Shown here: piece by piece, positions 9,111 through 17,358 of the stretch | Layout of the letters: every line of letters starts with the position of its first letter | Numbering within the stretch: position 1 is the stretch's first letter | Assembly: GCA_038045765.1 (NCBI GenBank) | Contig: JBBSXN010000005.1 | Location: 30,905-94,904, forward strand | DNA: 64,000 bases | Reading direction: 5' to 3' | From: Nanobdellota archaeon | Lineage (GTDB): Archaea > Nanobdellota > Nanobdellia > Pacearchaeales > GW2011-AR1 | The notes under the pieces: model-generated | Told to the model about the DNA's origin: nothing | The model's database searches: none | The model's input: only the letters and a program-made list of their open reading frames with translations | Translations under genes and position numbers: made by a program

Positions 9111-10385
9111 ATGAAAAAAATAGGTATTTTTGCTTTTCTTTTTTTGATTCTATCAATATCATTTGTCAGTGCTATTAGTACCACATTAAAAGAGAATTAT
9201 GATAAGAAAGAAAATATTATTATTGAAGTGAAAGGAAATATATTGAGTCCTATAAATGTGGAAGATATTGAATTTAAGAGAAAAAATGTTGGAGTTCCTT
9301 TAGATTATGGTGTATTGAATTTAGAAGATAAACACTTTATCTGGGCAATTGCACCTGATAAAAACGAGACATATACGCTATTGATAAATAACTTAGAAAC
9401 TACGGTTAATGGACAGAATAGTATGATAAATTATACTCAGAATTTTAATGTTCTTGAAAATCTAACTGATTATAGCATTAAACCTGGAATTATTACTGCT
9501 AAAGGAGATTTTGAAGTTGAGATAAATTCTTATCTAGATAATGAGATAAGCATATTAGTTAATTTCCCTTACGAAAATAATCTTATAATTAAACCAGGTA
9601 ATAATAAGTTTACTTTTTTAACTAATACAATTAAAGAAGATTTGTTTACTTCTATAAGGATCGGTAAATATAGCGTTCCATTAAACTTAGACATTGATGA
9701 TAAAAATACTATTACTAAAAAGAAAGGTATTTATTTTGAGCCAGTTAGTATAAAAAGAGATGTTTCTCTTGGAGATAGGCCGGTTTACTTGATCAAAGTT
9801 AGAAATACTGATGATAAAGCTTATCAAAATATTAAAATAAAATATGATAAGGAAATATTTTTTATTACTCCTGATCAATCATTTAACCTTGATAAACAAG
9901 GGATATTTAATTTCAATCTAACATTCAAAAAAGCCGTTGACAAAAATATAAAAAACCAAGTTGAAATTATATTTGATAATTCTAGTGTTATTTTGCCTGT
10001 TGAAATAACACTAAGTGAAAATGTAATTCCTATAAACACTAATAATAGTGAAGGATTTCAGTATTTCTGTTCTGAACTGGCAGGAGTTAAATGTATATCT
10101 GGAGAAAGTTGTTCTGGAGAAGAAAAAGAAGGATTAGATGGACTTTGTTGTTTAGGGGTATGTCAAGCAGTAGCTGTTGAAGAGGAAGGCAATACTTCTG
10201 AGATAATAGGGTATGTATTGGCATTAGGAATATTTTTGATATTAGGATATCTTATTTATAGATTTAAAAAAGCTAAGAAAGAAGGTAATGATGAAATTAC
10301 TGAAAAACTTGGTCCAAGTAGATTATCGAAAATGAAAGCTGCAGGCATTGTAGAAGAAAAAACTCCTAGAAAAGATCTACCTTAA
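9111..10385 (+). CDS. surface protein with Ig-like regions, one Cys-rich knot, TM anchor and short cytoplasmic tail
   Basis: Start moved to ATG 9111 (MKKIGIFAFLFLILSISFVSA; ATTTATATAA at 9081-9090). Knot CSELAGVKCISGESCSGEEKEGLDGLCCLGVC at nt 10068-10166. TM IIGYVLALGIFLILGYLIY. Confidence 0.45.
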   Translation: MKKIGIFAFLFLILSISFVSAISTTLKENYDKKENIIIEVKGNILSPINVEDIEFKRKNVGVPLDYGVLNLEDKHFIWAIAPDKNETYTLLINNLETTVNGQNSMINYTQNFNVLENLTDYSIKPGIITAKGDFEVEINSYLDNEISILVNFPYENNLIIKPGNNKFTFLTNTIKEDLFTSIRIGKYSVPLNLDIDDKNTITKKKGIYFEPVSIKRDVSLGDRPVYLIKVRNTDDKAYQNIKIKYDKEIFFITPDQSFNLDKQGIFNFNLTFKKAVDKNIKNQVEIIFDNSSVILPVEITLSENVIPINTNNSEGFQYFCSELAGVKCISGESCSGEEKEGLDGLCCLGVCQAVAVEEEGNTSEIIGYVLALGIFLILGYLIYRFKKAKKEGNDEITEKLGPSRLSKMKAAGIVEEKTPRKDLP

Positions 10386-10387
10386 TT

Positions 10388-10900
10388 TTATTTCTTTTTC
10401 TTCTTTGATTTAGGCTTCTTTGATTCTTTTTTCTGTTCTTTACTCTGATCAATTACTTGGTTAGTATTAGGATTCTGTTTGAATAAATGAGGCGCCACTT
10501 CATATAGTTTCTTCATAAGAAAATCTTTCTCTGAAAGAGCATTCTTAGCTATGGCATCATATTGATGCATTCTGTGCATAAGTTGATTAGTCATCTGATT
10601 TAAATCTTGATTTGAAATATTTATCTTTTCAGGATAGCTTATTTCTATGTTCGCAGGCATATAAACGAATAAGAAGCTAAATAGATGGTTCAAAGAAGGA
10701 AGCTCTAACTCAACTTCTACGAATGAAGTGAATAAGTCTTGTGAGTCTTTTACTGGTACTGGTTCATGAATATTATAAGATACAACTTTTAGCTCTTTTT
10801 CTGCCTTCATTTTATCTACTATAATTTTTAATGCATCAGTTACATTTTCTGCAGGTCTTCCTAAGACTTCTAAGATAGTATGAACTTTCAAAGCTTCCAT
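10388..10900 (-). CDS. hypothetical cytoplasmic protein with poly-Lys C-terminal tail
   Basis: 170-aa ORF with no signal peptide. Ends KEQKKESKKPKSKKKKK. Family not recognised. Confidence 0.4.
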   Translation of the reverse strand: MEALKVHTILEVLGRPAENVTDALKIIVDKMKAEKELKVVSYNIHEPVPVKDSQDLFTSFVEVELELPSLNHLFSFLFVYMPANIEISYPEKINISNQDLNQMTNQLMHRMHQYDAIAKNALSEKDFLMKKLYEVAPHLFKQNPNTNQVIDQSKEQKKESKKPKSKKKKK

Positions 10901-10924
10901 TTTCTAAACTGGAATTATTAGTTT

Positions 10925-11575
10925 TTAAAGCTTCCTTAGGATGATGAGTATAATTAGTATTAAAGATAAAAATGCGAAGAAATATGATAAATATAACCTT
11001 ATTTTTGCATCTTTAGATAGGATAGTTTGATTTTCTTTATTATTGAGAAATATCTTATCGTTGGTTATAATCTGGGAGAGATTATCTTGATTTTGTTTGG
11101 AAGAGATTATTTTTTCAGACTGACAGATATTATCCTTGCCTTTTGATGATTCTGAGAGTATAAATGAATCTGGACATTTGCTAAAAGTTAGATTATTATT
11201 CTTTGAGTCTGATAATTCAGGAGTTTGAATTATGGTGTTGTTTTTCTGTTTTAGATAAATTATGACTTTTGAATTATCAAGCCATTGCTTTTGAAAATTT
11301 ATTACTAAATAACCTTCTATCGTTCCATTTAAATTAAAAATATCACCATCTTCGTTTTCAAGATAAAATCCATCTAAGTTAGATAGATTTTCTGAATATA
11401 ATTCAATCCATTCATTTCCAGCATCTGAATCAGCAGGATTTAACTCGATCTCATTTATTGAAATTGATGAAGATAAATGGACTTGAAGAATTATAATGAT
11501 TAGACTAATAACCGTAAGACTTATGAAATGCGAGATTTCCTTCTTTATCGAATAGATATAAAGTGTCTCGGTCAT
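10925..11575 (-). CDS. membrane-anchored lamin-tail-domain (LTD) protein
   Basis: ISINEIELNPADSDAGNEWIELYSENLSNLDGFYLENEDGD is the classic LTD motif. N-terminal anchor LTVISLIIIILQV and C-terminal TM FFAFLSLILIILIIL. First ATG after the upstream gene's domain end is at 11575, still 71 nt inside the upstream gene. The ORF-track start at 11632 is unlikely. Confidence 0.5.
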   Translation of the reverse strand: MTETLYIYSIKKEISHFISLTVISLIIIILQVHLSSSISINEIELNPADSDAGNEWIELYSENLSNLDGFYLENEDGDIFNLNGTIEGYLVINFQKQWLDNSKVIIYLKQKNNTIIQTPELSDSKNNNLTFSKCPDSFILSESSKGKDNICQSEKIISSKQNQDNLSQIITNDKIFLNNKENQTILSKDAKIRLYLSYFFAFLSLILIILIILRKL

Positions 11576-12251
11576 TATTCCAAATATCTGTCTTTTCATT
11601 CCAGAAGATATCTGTTGAGTTATCATTTCCAATTGATGAGTGTAGGGATAGCCTATTTTTGATAATTGTGTTAAATTTATATTGTTTTCTACTCTCGTCT
11701 TTTATAATCCAACCAGACAAATCAACAGAAGCGCATGAATTTTCTATTTTCAAGATTTCTTCTTTAGGATATATTTCTATAGAGATACAATATTTATATT
11801 TAGATTCTTTCCATATCCCTAATTGATTTTCTACTGCTTTTTCTTCTGCTTTATCAAAATCTTTTAATTCTGAGTCGTCAACAAGAAATTTTGAAGCTAG
11901 ACCTAAGTTTATGAGTTCTAGATTAACATAAAGATTATCTTGGGTGTATAATCTTCCTAGAGTTCTTCCATACTTTTCTAGTTTTATTTTATCTAAATAT
12001 AATGATTTATTTATGAAAGATGAAAGGTAGTCTTTTGAAACCTTAGAAGATTCTGAGTCTTTTTCTGGTGAATTTATATTTGCTAATCTAACTGTCTCCC
12101 CTTCTGAAGTTACCAAAGTATCTCCATCTATAACTCTCGCAACTGTGATTGATGTAATTTCATATTTGTCTGATTGCGAGAATAAAAATACTGTATTTGA
12201 AAGAAGAAGAGTTAATAAAAATGCTAATATTATTGCGTGTTTTTTGTGCAT
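11505..12251 (-). CDS. secreted staphylococcal-nuclease (SNase/thermonuclease) - LTD fusion
   Basis: Signal MHKKHAIILAFLLTLLLSNTVFLFS. SNase motifs VIDGDTLVT..GETVRLANINSPE...EKYGRTLGRLY. C-terminal LTD-like SVDLSGWIIKDES...DTLYLFDKEGNL. Confidence 0.7.
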   Translation of the reverse strand: MHKKHAIILAFLLTLLLSNTVFLFSQSDKYEITSITVARVIDGDTLVTSEGETVRLANINSPEKDSESSKVSKDYLSSFINKSLYLDKIKLEKYGRTLGRLYTQDNLYVNLELINLGLASKFLVDDSELKDFDKAEEKAVENQLGIWKESKYKYCISIEIYPKEEILKIENSCASVDLSGWIIKDESRKQYKFNTIIKNRLSLHSSIGNDNSTDIFWNEKTDIWNNDRDTLYLFDKEGNLAFHKSYGY

Positions 12252-12252
12252 T

Positions 12253-12741
12253 TTATAATTTTATTATTAATGGACTGCAATTTAAACTATCTATGTATTT
12301 TTTCAATGAAGCATTATTTATTTCGAGTGTAGATGTATTGATGTTTGGATGAAAACCGGATGATTTTGCCAGCCAAATGTCTTCATCAATAACTAAATTG
12401 ATATTTTTTGCATAAATCATTGTGAATATAGAAACTGAACCAGGTTTAACATTTAATTGTGCTTTTAATTCTTCAGGTGAAGCGAATTTTAATTTATTTA
12501 TATTAAACTTGTCTTTTATGGTATTCATATCTAATCTTTTGAATGCGTTCATGCATATTAGATAAAAATTATCATTTTCATCTTTTAGAAAAAGGCATTT
12601 AGTGTGCATTGCAGGAATACTCTCCTTTAGAGATTTTGATTCTTCTACTCTGAAAACTGGCTGATGTTTGTGCTCTTTGTAGATTATTTTATGCTCTTGT
12701 AAATATTTCTCAAGATTTTTATCCATTGTAATGTCTAACAA
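12253..12741 (-). CDS. YbaK/ProX-type aminoacyl-tRNA editing domain protein
   Basis: 162 aa. HTKCLFLKDENDNFYLI and KPGSVSIF motifs are typical of prolyl-tRNA-synthetase-associated (YbaK/EbsC) domains. Confidence 0.65.
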   Translation of the reverse strand: MLDITMDKNLEKYLQEHKIIYKEHKHQPVFRVEESKSLKESIPAMHTKCLFLKDENDNFYLICMNAFKRLDMNTIKDKFNINKLKFASPEELKAQLNVKPGSVSIFTMIYAKNINLVIDEDIWLAKSSGFHPNINTSTLEINNASLKKYIDSLNCSPLIIKL

Positions 12742-12774
12742 ATGATTTATATAAGTATTTTGATTATTATATAT

Positions 12775-13008
12775 ATGAAAGTTACAGTCTATGGGACTAA
12801 AACTTGTATTTGGTGTGTTAAAACAAGGGAATTCTTAAAAGAACATAAGATTAAATTCAATGATATCGATATTGAAAAGAGTAAAAAGGCTGAAAAAATC
12901 ATGATAAAGATATCTGGACAGGAGGGATTTCCAGTTATCGATATTGGTGGAAAGATAGTTTTGGGGTATGATAAGGACAAGTTAAGAAGATTATTGGCTA
13001 AAAAATAG
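12775..13008 (+). CDS. glutaredoxin/NrdH-like small redoxin
   Basis: MKVTVYGTKTCIWCVKTREFLKEHKIKF...GFPVIDIGGKIVLGYD has a CxxC (CIWC) in a Grx fold pattern. Start moved to ATG 12775. Confidence 0.65.
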   Translation: MKVTVYGTKTCIWCVKTREFLKEHKIKFNDIDIEKSKKAEKIMIKISGQEGFPVIDIGGKIVLGYDKDKLRRLLAKK

Positions 13009-13038
13009 ATTTAAATAATATATTAATTCTGAATTCTG

Positions 13039-14004
13039 ATGAAAGATAAAAATGAAAAATATGATTTTATAATAATTGGTGCTGGAGTAGCTGGCTTGGC
13101 TGCTGCTATGTATGGTGCAAGACTTGGATTAAAAACATTATGTTTAGGTTATACTCATAGTAGTGAGTTATCCATTGGTGGAGTCATTACAACAACTAAT
13201 ATTGTTGAAAACTATCCAGGTTTCATTAAATTAAGTGGGAGTGAACTTGCTGAAGCAATTGAGAAACATGCTAAAAGCTATGAGCTTGTAACTATTCTTG
13301 AAGAGAAAGTTATAGATGTAGAAAAAATAAAGAAAGATTTTTCTGTAAAAACTGAAAATAATGAATATATTGGTAAAACAATTCTATTTGCAACTGGGAC
13401 AAAATGGAGGAAACTGGAAGTTCCTGGAAGTAATGAGTTTGAAAATAAAGGAGTTGCTTATTGTGCTTTGTGTGATGCTCCTTTATTCAAAAACAAGATA
13501 GTGGGCCTTGTTGGAGGGAGCGATAGTGCTGCTAAAGATGCTTTAGTTCTAGCAGAACATGCAAAAAAAGTTTATATTATTTATAGAGGTCAGGAGATAA
13601 GGCCAGAGCCAATTAATCTAAAGAGAGTTTATGATAAAGTTAAAATTGGAAAGATTGAGATAATTAATAATGCTAATGTTAAAGAAATTAAAGGCAGTAA
13701 ATTTATTGAAAAAGTTATATTAGATAGAGAATTTAATGGAAGTAAAGAACTTGCCTTGCAGGGATTATTCATTGCTATTGGACATATCGCTCTTACTGAT
13801 TTAGCTAAGAATTTAGGTGTAAATCTCGATAAGAAAGGTGAGATAATACTAGACCATAAGACTTCTGAGACTAATTTACCTGGAGTATTTGGTGCAGGAG
13901 ACTGTGCTGATAAACCATTTAAACAGGCTATAACTGGTGTAGCTGAAGGTTGCACTGCCGCTTATTCTGCTTATGAGTATGTCAATAATCATCTTAAAGG
14001 ATGA
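13039..14004 (+). CDS. trxB: thioredoxin-disulfide reductase
   Basis: FAD motif DFIIIGAGVAGLAAAMYGAR. Redox-active CALCDA. NAD(P)H motif GGSDSAAKDA. C-terminal GVFGAGDCAD. 321 aa. Confidence 0.85.
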   Translation: MKDKNEKYDFIIIGAGVAGLAAAMYGARLGLKTLCLGYTHSSELSIGGVITTTNIVENYPGFIKLSGSELAEAIEKHAKSYELVTILEEKVIDVEKIKKDFSVKTENNEYIGKTILFATGTKWRKLEVPGSNEFENKGVAYCALCDAPLFKNKIVGLVGGSDSAAKDALVLAEHAKKVYIIYRGQEIRPEPINLKRVYDKVKIGKIEIINNANVKEIKGSKFIEKVILDREFNGSKELALQGLFIAIGHIALTDLAKNLGVNLDKKGEIILDHKTSETNLPGVFGAGDCADKPFKQAITGVAEGCTAAYSAYEYVNNHLKG

Positions 14005-14005
14005 T

Positions 14006-14023
14006 TCTTGAGCATGCTCAAGA
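14006..14023 (+). terminator. perfect 18-bp palindrome TCTTGAGCATGCTCAAGA right after the trxB stop, followed by TTTAT
   Basis: Read directly. Stop TGA at 14002-14004. The arms contain the TCAAGA/TCTTGA core shared with other repeats in the pilus block. Confidence 0.45.
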
Positions 14024-14030
14024 TTTATAG

Positions 14031-14040
14031 AATCTTGACA
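14031..14040 (+). promoter_or_regulatory. AATCTTGACA box upstream of the pilin operon
   Basis: Lies 59 nt upstream of ATG 14099 and upstream of the TATA-like AAGTTTTTAAAG. Confidence 0.3.
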
Positions 14041-14098
14041 CATTAACAAAAACAATTTAACCAATTAAGTTTTTAAAGAATGAAATGTTTCATGCTGG

Positions 14099-14542
14099 AT
14101 GAATAAAAAGGGGTTGTCACCTGCGATTGCTACTGCATTACTTATTTCATTAGCATTGGTGCTTGCTGCTTTGATATTCATATGGGCTAGTAGTTTATTG
14201 AAAGAAAAAAACCAGAAGTTTGGTGAACCTATAGAAAATGCTTGTGAAGATATTAATTTCGCTGCAGAAGCTTATGGTGGACAATTACACATAGTTAACA
14301 GAGGCAAAGTTCCTATACAGAGTTTTGAAATAAAGAAGAAAACTGCTGGAAGTGTTGAAAGCTTGGGAATCATCGAAGGTACGAAAACACTAATAGAAGG
14401 CGAATCAGATGCATTCACATTGGATAGTGTTTCAGCAGGAGATGAGATTCTAGCAACTCCGATTATCTATGGTAAGCAAAAAGGGCAGAGAGCACCTCAT
14501 GTTTGTGATAAAGCTGAATTGAATATTAAAGTTGAAGCTTAA
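14099..14542 (+). CDS. archaeal type IV pilin (class III signal peptide)
   Basis: MNKKG|LSPAIATALLISLALVLAALIF: a short basic leader, Gly, then a hydrophobic helix, as in archaeal DUF361-type pilin N-termini. Small beta-rich C-domain with a Cys pair. Confidence 0.65.
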   Translation: MNKKGLSPAIATALLISLALVLAALIFIWASSLLKEKNQKFGEPIENACEDINFAAEAYGGQLHIVNRGKVPIQSFEIKKKTAGSVESLGIIEGTKTLIEGESDAFTLDSVSAGDEILATPIIYGKQKGQRAPHVCDKAELNIKVEA

Positions 14543-14549
14543 AATAAAT

Positions 14550-15056
14550 ATGATAAATAAAAAAGGTATTTCTAATGTAATTGCGAGTGTTGTTTTAGTA
14601 GCACTTACAATCGTTGCTTTAGTGATTATCGCACAGTTTGTTGTGCCTTTTGTTAAAAATAATTTACAAAAAAGTGGAGAGTGTTTAGATTATCAAAGAT
14701 ATTTTGTGTTAGATAATAGCTTTGGATATAATTGTAAGAAAAATGGAATAGGTTATGTTATCTCTGTTAAAGCCGAAGGGCAAAAAGATCTTGAGGATAA
14801 AGTTAGTGGGTTGAAATTAGTTTTATATAATGGAGCGATTACCACTCCTTTAGAAGTAAAAGATGGGAAAACTAGAGAGGCAACATTCTTTATGATAGAC
14901 CCTGGAAATTTTAAGGTTCCTAAGACTGGAGAGATACGGAGTTATGCATATAATGTTAGTCAGACTTTTGATAGAGTAGAAATATATACATTACTTAAAT
15001 CTGGAAGGACCTGTGAAACTCCGAATGATCAGGGAAGTTTAGGAGCGTGTAGATAA
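14550..15056 (+). CDS. archaeal type IV pilin (class III signal peptide)
   Basis: Start moved to ATG 14550: MINKKG|ISNVIASVVLVALTIVALVII. Cys pair in the globular part. Confidence 0.65.
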   Translation: MINKKGISNVIASVVLVALTIVALVIIAQFVVPFVKNNLQKSGECLDYQRYFVLDNSFGYNCKKNGIGYVISVKAEGQKDLEDKVSGLKLVLYNGAITTPLEVKDGKTREATFFMIDPGNFKVPKTGEIRSYAYNVSQTFDRVEIYTLLKSGRTCETPNDQGSLGACR

Positions 15057-15593
15057 ATGGCTAGTAGAAAGAAAGGACAGATTTGGATTGAAACGGTACT
15101 TTATACTTTGATAGGATTGGCTTTGATAGGTATGATTCTTGCTTTTACTCTTCCCAAGATTACTAAAACGCAAGAAAAAATACTTATTGAACAGACTATC
15201 AGCTCTCTTAAAACATTAGATCAGACAATAAGTAGTGTTGTCTCAAGTGGCCCGGATAATATTAGAAGCTATGAATTAAGCTTTAAAGAAGGAGAATTAT
15301 TTATAGATGGGAGAAATGATAAAATTTATTTCCAGATAGATGATTTAAAGGATTATTATTCACAGCCAGATGTTTCTATTGAAGATGGAAGAGTTAAAAT
15401 ATTATCTTTTGGTAAAGAGGGTGCTTCAAGTGTTAAGCTTGAATTAAATTATACTAATTATGCTAATATTACTTACAACGGTGCTGATGTTGAACAAAAA
15501 ATAACAAAATCAGCAGTATCTTATAAATTTTTCTTAAGTAACTTAGGAAGTCAGAATGGTAATCCGATAAAAATTGATATAAAATTGGGGTAG
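15057..15593 (+). CDS. pilin/pseudopilin-like protein with Glu at +5
   Basis: MASRKKG|QIWIETVLYTLIGLALIGMILAF has Glu at +5 after the predicted cleavage Gly. ATG immediately follows the upstream TAA. Confidence 0.6.
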   Translation: MASRKKGQIWIETVLYTLIGLALIGMILAFTLPKITKTQEKILIEQTISSLKTLDQTISSVVSSGPDNIRSYELSFKEGELFIDGRNDKIYFQIDDLKDYYSQPDVSIEDGRVKILSFGKEGASSVKLELNYTNYANITYNGADVEQKITKSAVSYKFFLSNLGSQNGNPIKIDIKLG

Positions 15594-15630
15594 AGAGAAG
15601 TTTTATATATTGCTAGTGTTTTTAACTAAA

Positions 15631-17154
15631 ATGTCGCAGATTAATCTGAATCCAATAATTCCAGTTCTACCTAAAAATGAAGATAAGACTAAAATTGATG
15701 TTAGGTATATGCTTATGCCTCCTTATGCTTCTGCACATATATATTGGAATAAAGAAATAAATGAACTTGCATATGACCTTGAAGAACCTGTTTTAGATGA
15801 AAATGAAAAAAATATTCTATCTGAATTGGAGAAAGCAATGTATGAACTGATAAATGTTAATGTTGCTGTTGAAAAATCAGTAGAAGCGACTACCATTTAT
15901 GTTGATAAAACTGCAAGGCTGCTCATAGAAGAGTTGAATATTAAAATATCTGATGATTCATATAATAAGCTTTTTTATTATTTATTTAGAGATTTTATTG
16001 GGTTGAATATGGTTGATCCATTACTGAGAGATTATTTTATAGAAGATATAGAATGTAATGGAGTTAATAGCCCCGTTTATGTTATCCATAGAAGCTATAG
16101 AAACCTTAGAACTAATCTGGTCTTTAAAGATATTGATGAATTAGCTAGTTTTGTTGAAAAATTGGCTCAGAGAACTGGAAGATATATTTCATATGCTCAG
16201 CCCTTGCTTGATGGAAGTTTACCCGATGGAAGTAGAGTTAATGCAAGTTATACTAAAGACGTAACTAGTAAGGGTCCAACTTTCACAATAAGAAAATTCA
16301 CTAAAACTCCTTGGACACCCATCCAATTAATTACATATAATACATTAAGTCCGGAGATGTTAGCTTATTTTTGGATATTAATGCAGTATAAATCAAATAT
16401 ATTAGTTGCTGGAGGAACTGGCTCTGGTAAAACCACTCTTCTTAATGCGTTAGCCTTTTTCATACCTCCTGAAGCGAGAGTAGTAAGTATTGAAGATACT
16501 AGGGAAATAAATTTACCTAGGGAGAATTGGCTTCCTGCAGTTGCAAGACCAAGCATTGGAATTGGGAAAGTGGGTGAAGTTGATTTATTTGATTTACTTA
16601 AAAGTTCATTTAGACAGATGCCTGATTATTTGATAGTTGGAGAAGTTAGAGGTAAAGAAGCCTCTGTTCTTTTCCAAGGAATGGCTTCTGGACACCCTTC
16701 TTTGAGTACAATGCACGCGGATTCTGTTGATACTTTAATTAGAAGATTACAAACTCCACCAATAGAACTTTCTCCGAGTTTAGTTAACTCTTTAGATTGC
16801 GTAGTTATTATGTCTCATGTTGTTGTTAACAAACAAGAGACTAGAAGATTGAGAGAAGTTGTAGAAATTGTAAATGTTAATAATGATGGCACTGCTTTGA
16901 TTAATACTCCTATGAAATGGGATCCGATAAGTGATAAATTCTTCTTTAAAAAACAGAGCAAGATATTTGAGAAAATATCTGCTAAAAATGGAATAAGTCT
17001 TGAAAAACTACAAAAAGAATTTGATACTAGAACCAAACTTATATATGAACTCTATAAACGAAAGATTTTTGAGTTTAATGAGGTGGGTAAGATTGTAAAT
17101 GAGTACTATAAGAATCCAATAGAGATTCTTAGTAGGTTTAAAATACAAGAGTAG
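15631..17154 (+). CDS. type IV filament assembly ATPase (FlaI/PilB/TadA/VirB11 superfamily)
   Basis: Walker A LVAGGTGSGKTTLLNAL, SIEDTREINL, Walker B/Asp box DYLIVGEVRGKEA, His box GHPSLSTMHADS. Start moved to ATG 15631. Confidence 0.85.
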   Translation: MSQINLNPIIPVLPKNEDKTKIDVRYMLMPPYASAHIYWNKEINELAYDLEEPVLDENEKNILSELEKAMYELINVNVAVEKSVEATTIYVDKTARLLIEELNIKISDDSYNKLFYYLFRDFIGLNMVDPLLRDYFIEDIECNGVNSPVYVIHRSYRNLRTNLVFKDIDELASFVEKLAQRTGRYISYAQPLLDGSLPDGSRVNASYTKDVTSKGPTFTIRKFTKTPWTPIQLITYNTLSPEMLAYFWILMQYKSNILVAGGTGSGKTTLLNALAFFIPPEARVVSIEDTREINLPRENWLPAVARPSIGIGKVGEVDLFDLLKSSFRQMPDYLIVGEVRGKEASVLFQGMASGHPSLSTMHADSVDTLIRRLQTPPIELSPSLVNSLDCVVIMSHVVVNKQETRRLREVVEIVNVNNDGTALINTPMKWDPISDKFFFKKQSKIFEKISAKNGISLEKLQKEFDTRTKLIYELYKRKIFEFNEVGKIVNEYYKNPIEILSRFKIQE

Positions 17155-17196
17155 TATTAATGAAAGGTATTTAAAGAATATATCCTTTTTTTTATT

Positions 17197-17358
17197 ATGA
17201 ATAAAGATTACATAAACTCTGTCGCCCATTTACTTAGTGTTATGAAAGAAGATGCTGAAAAATTGGAAGAAGCGGTAGGGAAAAAAGATGCTGAGAAGGT
17301 AGCTAGCTTAAAACAGGAGATTCTTAACTTATATTCACAAATTAACTCTTTAATATGA
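17197..17358 (+). CDS. unannotated 53-aa helical micro-ORF between ATPase and platform genes
   Basis: Own translation: MNKDYINSVAHLLSVMKEDAEKLEEAVGKKDAEKVASLKQEILNLYSQINSLI. Its stop overlaps the next start (ATGA at 17355-17358). Below the ORF-track size cutoff. Confidence 0.3.
   Translation: MNKDYINSVAHLLSVMKEDAEKLEEAVGKKDAEKVASLKQEILNLYSQINSLI

Noticed and set aside
10925-12251. Frameshifted pseudogene (two overlapping ORFs as one broken gene)
   Set aside because: The upstream ORF ends exactly where its LTD ends. The downstream ORF has its own N-terminal anchor, a complete LTD and a C-terminal TM. Two genes with an unusually long overlap is the simpler reading.
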